From Spirochaetota bacterium (lineage in GTDB: Bacteria; Spirochaetota; UBA12135; COTS27; CBDBHE01): a stretch of 33,479 nucleotides of DNA. The notes beneath the pieces were generated by a model, which worked only from the letters and a program-made list of their open reading frames with translations, was not told the origin of the DNA and ran no database searches. The position numbers were made by a program, and so were the translations under genes. The DNA lies in assembly GCA_965205605.1 (NCBI GenBank), contig CBDBHE010000003.1, positions 1 through 33,479 of the forward strand, given 5' to 3'. The stretch's first letter is position 1. Each line of letters starts with the position of its first letter. Of this stretch, positions 9,737-17,803 are shown one piece after another.

Positions 9737-11137
9737 TTATCGTTTTAAACGTAAAAGTTCTTCTAACATCGTATCAGATGTTGTAATGGTCCTAGAGTTT
9801 GCTTGAAACCCTCTTTGAGTAGTGATCATTTCAGTGAATTCATTGGCCAAATCAACATTACTCATTTCTAAAACCCCTGCTTTAATTTTTCCAACTCCAG
9901 TACTACCAGCAGCATTAATAATAGCGGCTCCAGAATTATTGCTTTCAACAAAGTAAGATTCTCCTGTTTTTTCAAGTCCTGCTGGATTTAAAAATTTAGC
10001 TAAAGCTAATCTAGCAAGTGGTTTTTTGTTTCCATTATCATAAGTGCCTGTTATTACCCCAGTATCATCAATAGCAAAACTTGTTAAATACCCCATTTTA
10101 AAACCATTTTGGTAATAAGCTTTTGTTGATGAATTAGAAGCAAATTGAGTGATTCCATCGTAATCTCCTGAAGTCCCTAAATCTAATTGAATTTGCATAG
10201 CATCACTACCAACAATCGTATAGTTTAAATTAACAGAAAGATTCCCTCCATCAGCTCCAATAGTGGCTCCTAGATTATTAGGATTTTCTATATTAGCAAT
10301 GGAACCATTAGGGTTGAAATTAATAAGAAACCCTTGGTCTACTCCTAGATCGTCTCCTCCTATATTAACTTGAGGGTTGGTAGCAGCTCTTCCTTGTAAA
10401 TCAATTATTTGAAGATTCACTCGCCATTGATTGGGGATTTCTGTTCCATTGGCATTAAGGGACTTAGAAAAATTAAGTTGCACTTCCTGTGGATTTCCTT
10501 TGCTATCAAAAGCATTGATAGATGTTTGCCAAGTACCAAGATCGATATCTTTTTGAGTTGGGTTAGTAGAAGGAATAATAGGCATTCTTGAATTTAAATT
10601 TGATTGATAGCGAATAACACTTGTTGCCTTAGCACTATCTTTTTCTCCAATAGGAATATTAATATCTGAAATACTCCCACTGGCATCAATTCTTGTACTT
10701 CCATCTGGGTATTCTCTTGCTTGATATCCTTGCACTCTAAAACCATTTGTTGGATTAACAAGTTTCCCATCTCTATCAAGGCTATAAGCTCCTTTTCTTG
10801 AAAAAATAGTACTATCGGCTTCTTTTTCGACAAAAAAACCATTTCCCATAATCGCAACATCTGTATTGACTCCTGTTGTTTGAAGAGAGCCTTGTGTGTG
10901 TAAGGTATCAATAGCTGCAATAGACATTCCTAGACCTACTTGTTTTGGGTTGATCCCTCCTTTTTCTTCGGTTGGTCTTGCAGCTCCAGAAAGTGTTTGA
11001 GAAAAAATATCTTGGAAGTTAACCCTTCCTTTTTTAAAACCATAAGTATTGACATTACTGACATTATTACCAATAACATCCATTTTAACTTGATGATTAT
11101 TTAATCCAGAAACCCCTGAATAAAGTGAACGCATCAT
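9737..11137 (-). CDS. flgE: Flagellar hook protein FlgE (spirochaete type)
   Basis: MMRSLYSGVSGL..HQ.KMDVIGNNVSNVNT.GFK; C-terminal LEMSNVDLANEFTEMITTQRGFQANSR; AAGGAG Shine-Dalgarno upstream. Confidence 0.97.
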   Translation of the reverse strand: MMRSLYSGVSGLNNHQVKMDVIGNNVSNVNTYGFKKGRVNFQDIFSQTLSGAARPTEEKGGINPKQVGLGMSIAAIDTLHTQGSLQTTGVNTDVAIMGNGFFVEKEADSTIFSRKGAYSLDRDGKLVNPTNGFRVQGYQAREYPDGSTRIDASGSISDINIPIGEKDSAKATSVIRYQSNLNSRMPIIPSTNPTQKDIDLGTWQTSINAFDSKGNPQEVQLNFSKSLNANGTEIPNQWRVNLQIIDLQGRAATNPQVNIGGDDLGVDQGFLINFNPNGSIANIENPNNLGATIGADGGNLSVNLNYTIVGSDAMQIQLDLGTSGDYDGITQFASNSSTKAYYQNGFKMGYLTSFAIDDTGVITGTYDNGNKKPLARLALAKFLNPAGLEKTGESYFVESNNSGAAIINAAGSTGVGKIKAGVLEMSNVDLANEFTEMITTQRGFQANSRTITTSDTMLEELLRLKR

Positions 11138-11151
11138 AATTATAACTCCTT

Positions 11152-11607
11152 TTAAATCCCTTTTTTTACTTTTGTAATATCTTTATATGAAATGACAGTA
11201 TCATTAACTAGCAATTTGATATCGTTTTTATTAAACCAAGATTCTAAAACAGTACCACTACCATTTTTTCCTGTTTCTGAAGAAATAAAAGATATGTTTT
11301 TTCCTATTAAGTTTTGAGCTTGCCATTGGTTCATTCCTTTTGTCATATTGTCAATAGAACTACTAATTTTAGTCATTTGTTCAAGAGCGCTAAATTGAGC
11401 CATTTGAGAGATAAACTCTGTGTTTTTCATAGGAGAAAGAGGGTCTTGTTTAGAAAGTTGAATGGTTAATAGTTTTAAGAATTCACTTTTTCCCATATTA
11501 TTTGATTGGTTATTTGTTTCTTGACTTTTATTTTGTTTGTTAAATTGAGAGACTTCTTTTTTAAGTTGATTTAACTTAACGCCTGTAATATTATTGTTTA
11601 GTTCCAA
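11152..11607 (-). CDS. flgD: Flagellar hook capping protein FlgD
   Basis: MGKSEFLKLLTIQLSKQDPLSPMKNTEFISQMAQFSALEQ. Start moved from the track's 11631 to a TTG at 11607 because AAGGAG lies 6 nt upstream of it. Confidence 0.93.
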   Translation of the reverse strand: MELNNNITGVKLNQLKKEVSQFNKQNKSQETNNQSNNMGKSEFLKLLTIQLSKQDPLSPMKNTEFISQMAQFSALEQMTKISSSIDNMTKGMNQWQAQNLIGKNISFISSETGKNGSGTVLESWFNKNDIKLLVNDTVISYKDITKVKKGI

Positions 11608-11623
11608 TTGAGACTCCTTTTGT

Positions 11624-12955
11624 TTATGCAAAAATATTTACTTGATGAAACATTTTTCTAATATCAATTTCTTCTTCAAAATTAGAAGAAACCTTTTTTT
11701 CTAAATCAAATGAAGATGGTTTATCTTTTTGTTGATTAAAATCAAAAGATTGTTTATTTTCACTATGATGATTGATGTCGACATCTAAGTTTGTAAATTC
11801 GATTTTATTTTCTTTTAAATGATCGATTAAGTCAGATATTTTACTTTCTAAGATTTCTTTGACGGCTTTGTTTTCCACAACCATTTTTCCTTGTAGAGAA
11901 CCATTTTCTCGACTCAAAAAAATAGAAATTTTCCCTAAATAATCAGGTTTAATAGAAACGGTTAAAATTTGTTTTCCGTTGAAGAGGCCTGTTTTAATTT
12001 GATGAGCTATTTTTTGGATGAGAGCTTGCTTATCAACAGAAGGAGACTGGGAAATGTTTTGTGTGTATTGAGAAGAGAAAATACGTTTGAAGTGATTAGA
12101 AGAAGAGGGATGAAAAGCATCTTCTTTATTTGAAGAAGATTTTATGATTTGATTTTTATCACTTGGAGGTTCTTTTTCACTTAAGTTAAGTTTATTTAGA
12201 GTGTTTTCATTTTTTAAATTATTTTTATTTTGTTCTAATGAAGAATTATTTACGTTTGTATTAGAATGAAGGTGGTCTTTTGAGTGCTTTTGAAGTTTTT
12301 TACCTTTTTTTTGAATCTTTTGTGTATCTGTTTTTTTTTCTTCTTTAATAGATAGAGTGTTGGTGTTATTATTTTCATTAGAATTAATTATGTTTTTAAT
12401 ATGGTTGATAAAGTTTTTAACTTCTTTTGAAGAAGTAATATTTTTTAAAGTAAGATCTGGTATTTCAAAAAATTTTTTAATGAATTGATTTAATTGTTTA
12501 ATATTGATGTTATTTTTAAATAAATGATTGCTTTCTTTGAGGTGATTTTTTATTTGTTGAATAAAATGATCTCCAAAACCTTTTTTAAGTTCTTTAGGCA
12601 CTTCTATATTTTGTTGATTTTGATTAGCTAATAAATAGGCAATCAATTCTAAAAAATTTTTAACTTTTTTTTTCATTTTTTGATTTTGTATTGTTGATTC
12701 ATTATTTAATTTTTTTTCTTTTGTTTGATCTATTTCAGGGTTTTTTTCATTTTTTTTATCATTAACTTTATTTAATTTATTATCATCTATTTTTTCAATA
12801 GCATCTTGAGTTGTTTTTTTATTGTTTGTTTTGGAATTTAGAATTTCTTTAAAAAAAAGAGGTTTTGCTTGGAGATCTTTAAAAGACTTAGTTGAAAAAT
12901 TGATTAAAGAACCTTCTGAAAAATCCTTTTGAATGCCTTTAATCATTAAATTCAT
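11624..12955 (-). CDS. fliK: Flagellar hook-length control protein FliK
   Basis: Low-complexity N/K-rich N-terminus; C-terminal FliK-type domain (SIKPDYLGKISI...VVENKAVKEILE...L); directly upstream of flgD-flgE. Confidence 0.85.
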   Translation of the reverse strand: MNLMIKGIQKDFSEGSLINFSTKSFKDLQAKPLFFKEILNSKTNNKKTTQDAIEKIDDNKLNKVNDKKNEKNPEIDQTKEKKLNNESTIQNQKMKKKVKNFLELIAYLLANQNQQNIEVPKELKKGFGDHFIQQIKNHLKESNHLFKNNINIKQLNQFIKKFFEIPDLTLKNITSSKEVKNFINHIKNIINSNENNNTNTLSIKEEKKTDTQKIQKKGKKLQKHSKDHLHSNTNVNNSSLEQNKNNLKNENTLNKLNLSEKEPPSDKNQIIKSSSNKEDAFHPSSSNHFKRIFSSQYTQNISQSPSVDKQALIQKIAHQIKTGLFNGKQILTVSIKPDYLGKISIFLSRENGSLQGKMVVENKAVKEILESKISDLIDHLKENKIEFTNLDVDINHHSENKQSFDFNQQKDKPSSFDLEKKVSSNFEEEIDIRKMFHQVNIFA

Positions 12956-13141
12956 AAGCGTTGTCCTTCCTTTGACATTAAAGTATTTATTATTACGGAA
13001 TAATTTAAATTTTTAGTAGTTTTTTTTATTGAGGTTTAAAATATTATTAAATGTTTTAAATAAAAATAACTATAAAAATAAAGTTAGAGGGAAGGGGTAA
13101 TAATTTTTTTTTATTAGAGGTTAAATTGATTGTTAGTATTA

Positions 13142-14110
13142 CTAATACCGAGCACCTATTTTAGCAATGACTTTAGAGGCAATATTAGAAGCTTGGGAGC
13201 CCATTTGTTTGATGGTTTGATTTTTCAAAATACCATTAAGGATTGCAGCAGCATAAGCATCACCAGCACCGGTTGTGTCGACAATTTTTTTAATAGGGGT
13301 AGGGGAAATATAAGAAGCTAATTTTTTTTCTTTATAAATATAAGATCCTTTTTCACCATCTGTGATACAAAGCATTTTACTTAATTTGCCTAATTTTTCT
13401 CTTGCTTTTTTAGGATTGTTTTCTTTAGCTAAAGCATTGGCTTCTTTTTGATTACAAAAGAAAATATCGACTTCATTTGTAAAAAGATGAGTAAAGTCTT
13501 TGAAATGACGATCGACACAAAAAAAGTCACTAGCACTAAAAGCAATTTTAATCTTGTTTTCTTTGGCTATTTTAATGGCTTTTTTAACCGTTTTAATGGT
13601 TTGTTTGCTATCCCAAAGATAGCCTTCAATGTAGAGGATTTTACATTTTTTTATGATGGATTGATTAATCATTTGAGTTTCTAAAAGAGGCGCACAAGCT
13701 AATGTTGTTAACATAGTTCGCTCAGCATCGGGAGTAATCATAACAATACTTGTCCCTGTGGCATTTCCTTTGGGGATGGTGAATAGATCGACGTTAGATT
13801 TTTTCAATTTTTTACCATAAGTGTCTCCAAGGGAGTCGTTGCCTAATCTTCCTATTAAAGCTACTTTATTTTTTAATTTTGAAAGGGTTCTAAGGGAATT
13901 AACAACACTTCCACCTCCGTGAAATTCAATTTGGTTTTTTTTGAAATTTTTTAGAATTTGTTCTCTTTCTTTTTCTTTAATAAGTTTCATGCTAGCTTTT
14001 TCAAGAGAGTTTTTCTTAAGAAAGGTATCATTAATTTTGACTTCAATATCCATGAGGGCATTTCCAATGCCGATAACGTCGTATTTTTTTTTGAATAAGA
14101 GAAAATTCAT
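13142..14110 (-). CDS. PfkB-family carbohydrate/adenosine kinase
   Basis: GIGNALMD, GGSVVNS, G.D.LG, TPDAERTM, YIEGYLW, VDTTGAGDAYAA (PfkB signature). Confidence 0.9.
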   Translation of the reverse strand: MNFLLFKKKYDVIGIGNALMDIEVKINDTFLKKNSLEKASMKLIKEKEREQILKNFKKNQIEFHGGGSVVNSLRTLSKLKNKVALIGRLGNDSLGDTYGKKLKKSNVDLFTIPKGNATGTSIVMITPDAERTMLTTLACAPLLETQMINQSIIKKCKILYIEGYLWDSKQTIKTVKKAIKIAKENKIKIAFSASDFFCVDRHFKDFTHLFTNEVDIFFCNQKEANALAKENNPKKAREKLGKLSKMLCITDGEKGSYIYKEKKLASYISPTPIKKIVDTTGAGDAYAAAILNGILKNQTIKQMGSQASNIASKVIAKIGARY

Positions 14111-14175
14111 TTTAATAATTTTTTGAGTTTTTTAAAAGAAGGAATTAGAAATTAATTATACTATAGATTTTTTGA

Positions 14176-14808
14176 ATGTTTTTAATTAAAAAGAAATTTA
14201 AACGTACTATTTTTATAGGTGATGTTCATGGTTGCTTGGATGAACTTTTAGAATTAATTAAAAAACTTTCTATTAATAAAAAAGATCGAGTTATTTTTTT
14301 AGGAGACTTAATTAATAAAGGGCCTTATTCACAAGAAACAGTGGAGTTTGTTTACAAAAAAAAATATCAATCTATTATGGGAAATCATGAATGGTTATAT
14401 TTAAAGAAAGTAAAAAAGAAAAAAATTGCTAAAAAAAAATATCATTATTGGATTGCATCTAGACCTATTTATATTGAAGACAGCCATTTTATTATCGTTC
14501 ATGCTGGACTCCCGCCTGATTTTGAAAGTTTTAAAAAAGCAGATAAAAAGTTATTTTTAACGATTCGTTATTGGTATCATGGTAAATCAAATAAATATCA
14601 AGGCATTCCTTGGCATTCTTTTTATAAAGGAAAAAAAACAATTTTTTATGGACATTGGGCTAGACAAGGTTTTCATCAAACCGGTAACACCATTGGCTTA
14701 GATACGGGTTGCGTCTATGGAAAAAAACTGAGTGCTTATATATTAGAAGAAAAAAAATTAGTTCAAATAAAAGCAAAAAAAAATTACGCATCTTTTTCAA
14801 AAAAATAA
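14176..14808 (+). CDS. Calcineurin-like metallophosphoesterase (ApaH/PrpE/PPP-like)
   Basis: GDVHGC, LGDLINKGP, GNHE, VHAG, YGHW, LDTGCVYG. Confidence 0.9.
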   Translation: MFLIKKKFKRTIFIGDVHGCLDELLELIKKLSINKKDRVIFLGDLINKGPYSQETVEFVYKKKYQSIMGNHEWLYLKKVKKKKIAKKKYHYWIASRPIYIEDSHFIIVHAGLPPDFESFKKADKKLFLTIRYWYHGKSNKYQGIPWHSFYKGKKTIFYGHWARQGFHQTGNTIGLDTGCVYGKKLSAYILEEKKLVQIKAKKNYASFSKK

Positions 14809-14851
14809 TTTTTATTTATTTTTTAATTTAAGATTTTTTTAAAAAAAAAAT

Positions 14852-14878
14852 TAAATTTACTCTTTTCAAACCCGAATT
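14852..14878 (+). promoter_or_regulatory. Candidate sigma28 (FliA) promoter
   Basis: TAAA(14852-14855)-N15-CCCGAATT(14871-14878), against consensus TAAA-N15-GCCGATAA; 23 nt upstream of the small ORF. Confidence 0.35.
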
Positions 14879-14901
14879 TAAAGATAAGGATTAATAGATT
14901 T

Positions 14902-15078
14902 ATGGTTAAAAATATTTTTTTATTTACAATATTTTTTTTAATTGCAATATTTTTTTTTAATCAAAAAGGTTGGGTGAAAATTACTCCTGAAGGAAAAAAA
15001 AAGGCAATTATTTTAGTCTTAGATGGTAAGAATGTAATTGAAAAATTTTTGAAAATAGTTGGAGATAATTTGGAGTAA
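14902..15078 (+). CDS. Small hypothetical membrane-anchored protein (58 aa)
   Basis: Below the track's size cutoff. Manual translation: MVKNIFLFTIFFLIAIFFFNQKGWVKITPEGKKKAIILVLDGKNVIEKFLKIVGDNLE*. AAGGA at 14886-14890; fills the intergenic gap; N-terminal hydrophobic helix. Confidence 0.6.
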   Translation: MVKNIFLFTIFFLIAIFFFNQKGWVKITPEGKKKAIILVLDGKNVIEKFLKIVGDNLE

Positions 15079-15098
15079 TTATTTTTAAAATAGAGGTG

Positions 15099-15125
15099 TT
15101 GACTTTTATTAAAAATAGCTATAAT
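15099..15125 (+). promoter_or_regulatory. Candidate sigma70 promoter for the 878-aa ORF
   Basis: TTGACT(15099-15104)-N15-TATAAT(15120-15125); the spacer is short of the usual 17. Confidence 0.4.
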
Positions 15126-15165
15126 TTTTAAAAGAAGTTAATACTAAAAATATTTTTTTAAATGC

Positions 15166-17802
15166 ATGAATAAGGTTACTGAAGAGCTTATACAACAAAA
15201 AGTTGAAAAAATTTTTAAAAAAAAATTTTTAGTAGATAGTTTAAAATTTAAAGTCAAACAAAGTAATTTAGAAGCTCAAGAACAATTAAGCCATCAAAAT
15301 TCTAAAGAAAACTTAAGCCAATTAGAATCCAAAATTAAGGGTTCATTGCCACCTAAAAAATTACTTGAAGAGTTAAAAAGTGGTATTAGTCTTTTAGGTC
15401 AAGATTCAAAATTAAGCTCTTTAAATTTCCCAAAAAATAAAATTGGAAAGAGAAAAATCACTCGAGAAGATTTAAAAAAAAAAGTAGAGTCTGTTAAAAG
15501 TAAAATTAAAAAAGTTCAGAAAGGTGCATTTAAAACAAATCAAAAATTAGTTAAAGAAAAAATTGACAAAAAATTAGATAAAATTTCAAAAGAGCAAAAC
15601 TTAAAACTCCCCACTCAATTAAAGTCAGAACAAAAAAAAGCTTCAAATCGAGTTGGGAAATTTTTTAAAAAAATAAGCACCCCTTTTAGAAGATTAAAAA
15701 AAAAATCTTCATTAGAACAAACAAAAACTCTCTCTAATGATAGTGATAGAAATGATTTATTTGGGTATCAAAATTTTATTGATCAGCTAAAATTTTTTTT
15801 TAAAACAATCATTGATAAAGTTGAGTCTTATAATAATAAAAGAGGAAATTTAAAAAATAAATTATTTAAAAATGGTTTTTTATCTAAAAAAGAGGAAGTT
15901 TTACCTTTAGCAAATCAAAAAAAATCAGAAGATTTAGACAATGAAAAAGAATTTGAAACAAAAGATAAAATAGATAAAAAAAAATCTTTAGAAGATAAAA
16001 TTAAAGGCAAACTAAATAAGATTTTAAAAAAAGAAGAAGAAGAAAATTTATTAAAATTAAAAAATAATCTTAATACAGAATTTACCTCACAGGAAAAAAT
16101 GAGTGAGGAAGGCTCTAAAAAAGAAGAAGGAGCTAAATCGAAAATTAAGGATAAAAAATCAGATAAGGAGCTTAATAAAGAAAAAAAATTTCCTAAACAA
16201 AAAAAATCATCAAAAAAAAAAAACTCCACGATATTATCAAGTCCAAATGCATCGGTAGATACCCCAGTTAGTGCTGAACCTTCTTCAGGATTAAAAGAAG
16301 TAAAAGGAAGTGAGAGAGGGTCTGATGGAACGGGAAGTCCACCACGAACATCATCGCCATCAGCACCTAGTAGTGCATCGATTCCTAATATTTCTTTAGA
16401 GCAAAAAGAAGGGGAAAAGGAAGAAAAAGAAAGAAAGCTAGTTTATGATGGTGATAGAAATAGCTTAGTTTGGCTTCAAAGTTTTGTTAATCAGCTAAAA
16501 AATTTTTTTAAAACAATCATTGATAAAATTAGGACTCCTTCAGAGCAATCAAGTCCAAATGCATCGGTAGGTACTCCAGTTAGTGCTGAACCTTCTTCAG
16601 GATTAAAAGAAGTAAAAGGGAGTGAGAGAGGGTCTGATGGAACGGGAAGTCCACCACGAATACCACCACCATCAGCACCTAGTGCATCGACTTTTTTACC
16701 ACAACCAAGTCCAATACCTAGCACTCCGACTCCTTCAGAGCAATCAAGTCCAAATGCATCGGTAGATACCCCAGTTAGTGCTGAACCTTCTTCAGGATTA
16801 AAAGAAGTAAAAGGAAGTGAGAGAGGGTCTGATGGAACGGGAAGTCCACCACGAATACCACCACCATCAGCACCTAGTGCATCGACTTTTTTACCACAAC
16901 CAAGTCCAATACCTAGCACTCCGACTCCTTCAGAGCAATCAAGTCCAAATGCATCGGTAGATACCCCAGTTAGTGCTGAACCTTCTTCAGGATTAAAAGA
17001 AGTAAAAGGAAGTGAGAGAGGGTCTGATGGAACGGGAAGTCCACCACGAATACCACCACCATCAGCACCTAGTGCATCGACTTTTTTACCACAACCAAGT
17101 CCAATACCTAGCACTCCGACTCCTTCAGAGCAATCAAGTCCAAATGCATCGGTAGATACCCCAGTTAGTGCTGAACCTTCTTCAGGATTAAAAGAAGTAA
17201 AAGGAAGTGAGAGAGGGTCTGATGGAACGGGAAGTCCACCACGAATACCACCACCATCAGCACCTAGTGCATCGACTTTTTTACCACAACCAAGTCCAAT
17301 ACCTAGCACTCCGACTCCTTCAGAGCAATCAAGTCCAAATGCATCGGTAGATACCCCAGTTAGTGCTGAACCTTCTTCAGGATTAAAAGAAGTAAAAGGA
17401 AGTGAGAGAGGGTCTGATGGAACGGGAAGTCCACCACGAACATCATCGCCATCAGCACCTAGTAGTGCATCGAAAAATACCCCTAGGAGCGAGCCTCAGA
17501 AACCGTTTTCGCTAAATAAAAAATTTAAAGATAGGCCTATTAGTGAAGAAGATTTAAAAAATTCTCAGATAAAACTCACTTATTTATTTGAGAATGTTAA
17601 TGATGATTCTTCTTTTGCAAAGTATAAACTTATTTTAAGAAGAGCGTGTCGTTATTCTTTTTTTGGGCGCTTTGAAGAAGGATTAAGGCTTTTCCAAGTT
17701 GTAAAAGAACAGGTAATCGCTAAACAATATAAGGAAATGATAGAAACGAATATGAAAGATATTAGTAATATGCTGAAAAAATATTATTTAATTAAAAGAT
17801 AA
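15166..17802 (+). CDS. Hypothetical 878-aa protein: Lys-rich N-terminus, Pro/Ser-rich 65-aa tandem repeats, helical C-terminal domain
   Basis: Long intact ORF; repeats are in frame; no signal peptide or transmembrane helix seen; no family recognised. Confidence 0.8.
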   Translation: MNKVTEELIQQKVEKIFKKKFLVDSLKFKVKQSNLEAQEQLSHQNSKENLSQLESKIKGSLPPKKLLEELKSGISLLGQDSKLSSLNFPKNKIGKRKITREDLKKKVESVKSKIKKVQKGAFKTNQKLVKEKIDKKLDKISKEQNLKLPTQLKSEQKKASNRVGKFFKKISTPFRRLKKKSSLEQTKTLSNDSDRNDLFGYQNFIDQLKFFFKTIIDKVESYNNKRGNLKNKLFKNGFLSKKEEVLPLANQKKSEDLDNEKEFETKDKIDKKKSLEDKIKGKLNKILKKEEEENLLKLKNNLNTEFTSQEKMSEEGSKKEEGAKSKIKDKKSDKELNKEKKFPKQKKSSKKKNSTILSSPNASVDTPVSAEPSSGLKEVKGSERGSDGTGSPPRTSSPSAPSSASIPNISLEQKEGEKEEKERKLVYDGDRNSLVWLQSFVNQLKNFFKTIIDKIRTPSEQSSPNASVGTPVSAEPSSGLKEVKGSERGSDGTGSPPRIPPPSAPSASTFLPQPSPIPSTPTPSEQSSPNASVDTPVSAEPSSGLKEVKGSERGSDGTGSPPRIPPPSAPSASTFLPQPSPIPSTPTPSEQSSPNASVDTPVSAEPSSGLKEVKGSERGSDGTGSPPRIPPPSAPSASTFLPQPSPIPSTPTPSEQSSPNASVDTPVSAEPSSGLKEVKGSERGSDGTGSPPRIPPPSAPSASTFLPQPSPIPSTPTPSEQSSPNASVDTPVSAEPSSGLKEVKGSERGSDGTGSPPRTSSPSAPSSASKNTPRSEPQKPFSLNKKFKDRPISEEDLKNSQIKLTYLFENVNDDSSFAKYKLILRRACRYSFFGRFEEGLRLFQVVKEQVIAKQYKEMIETNMKDISNMLKKYYLIKR
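16236..16381 (+). repeat. Detached 146-bp partial copy of the tandem unit, matching 17328-17473
   Basis: ATCAAGTCCAAATGCATCGGTAGAT...ACATCATCGCCATCAGCACCTAGTAGTGCATCGA reads identically in both places. Confidence 0.9.
16534..17473 (+). repeat. Intragenic tandem repeat, 195-bp unit, four full copies plus a partial fifth
   Basis: Units begin ACTCCTTCAGAG at 16534, 16729, 16924, 17119 and 17314. Copies 2-4 look identical; copy 1 has three substitutions. Unit GC is 91/195 (about 47%). Confidence 0.97.
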
Positions 17803-17803
17803 T

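Noticed and set aside
12990-13016. Possible sigma28 promoter upstream of fliK (TAAA...TCCGTAAT)
   Set aside because: The spacer is 12 nt rather than 15 and the -10 match is weak.
16491-17309. 272-aa Gly-rich antisense ORF
   Set aside because: Shadow of the stop-free, GC-richer 195-bp repeat; it spans almost exactly the array and has no independent start signals.
16534-17473. Tandem array as a CRISPR or mobile element
   Set aside because: Units are contiguous 195-bp copies with no unique spacers, in frame within a CDS, with no cas or transposase genes nearby.
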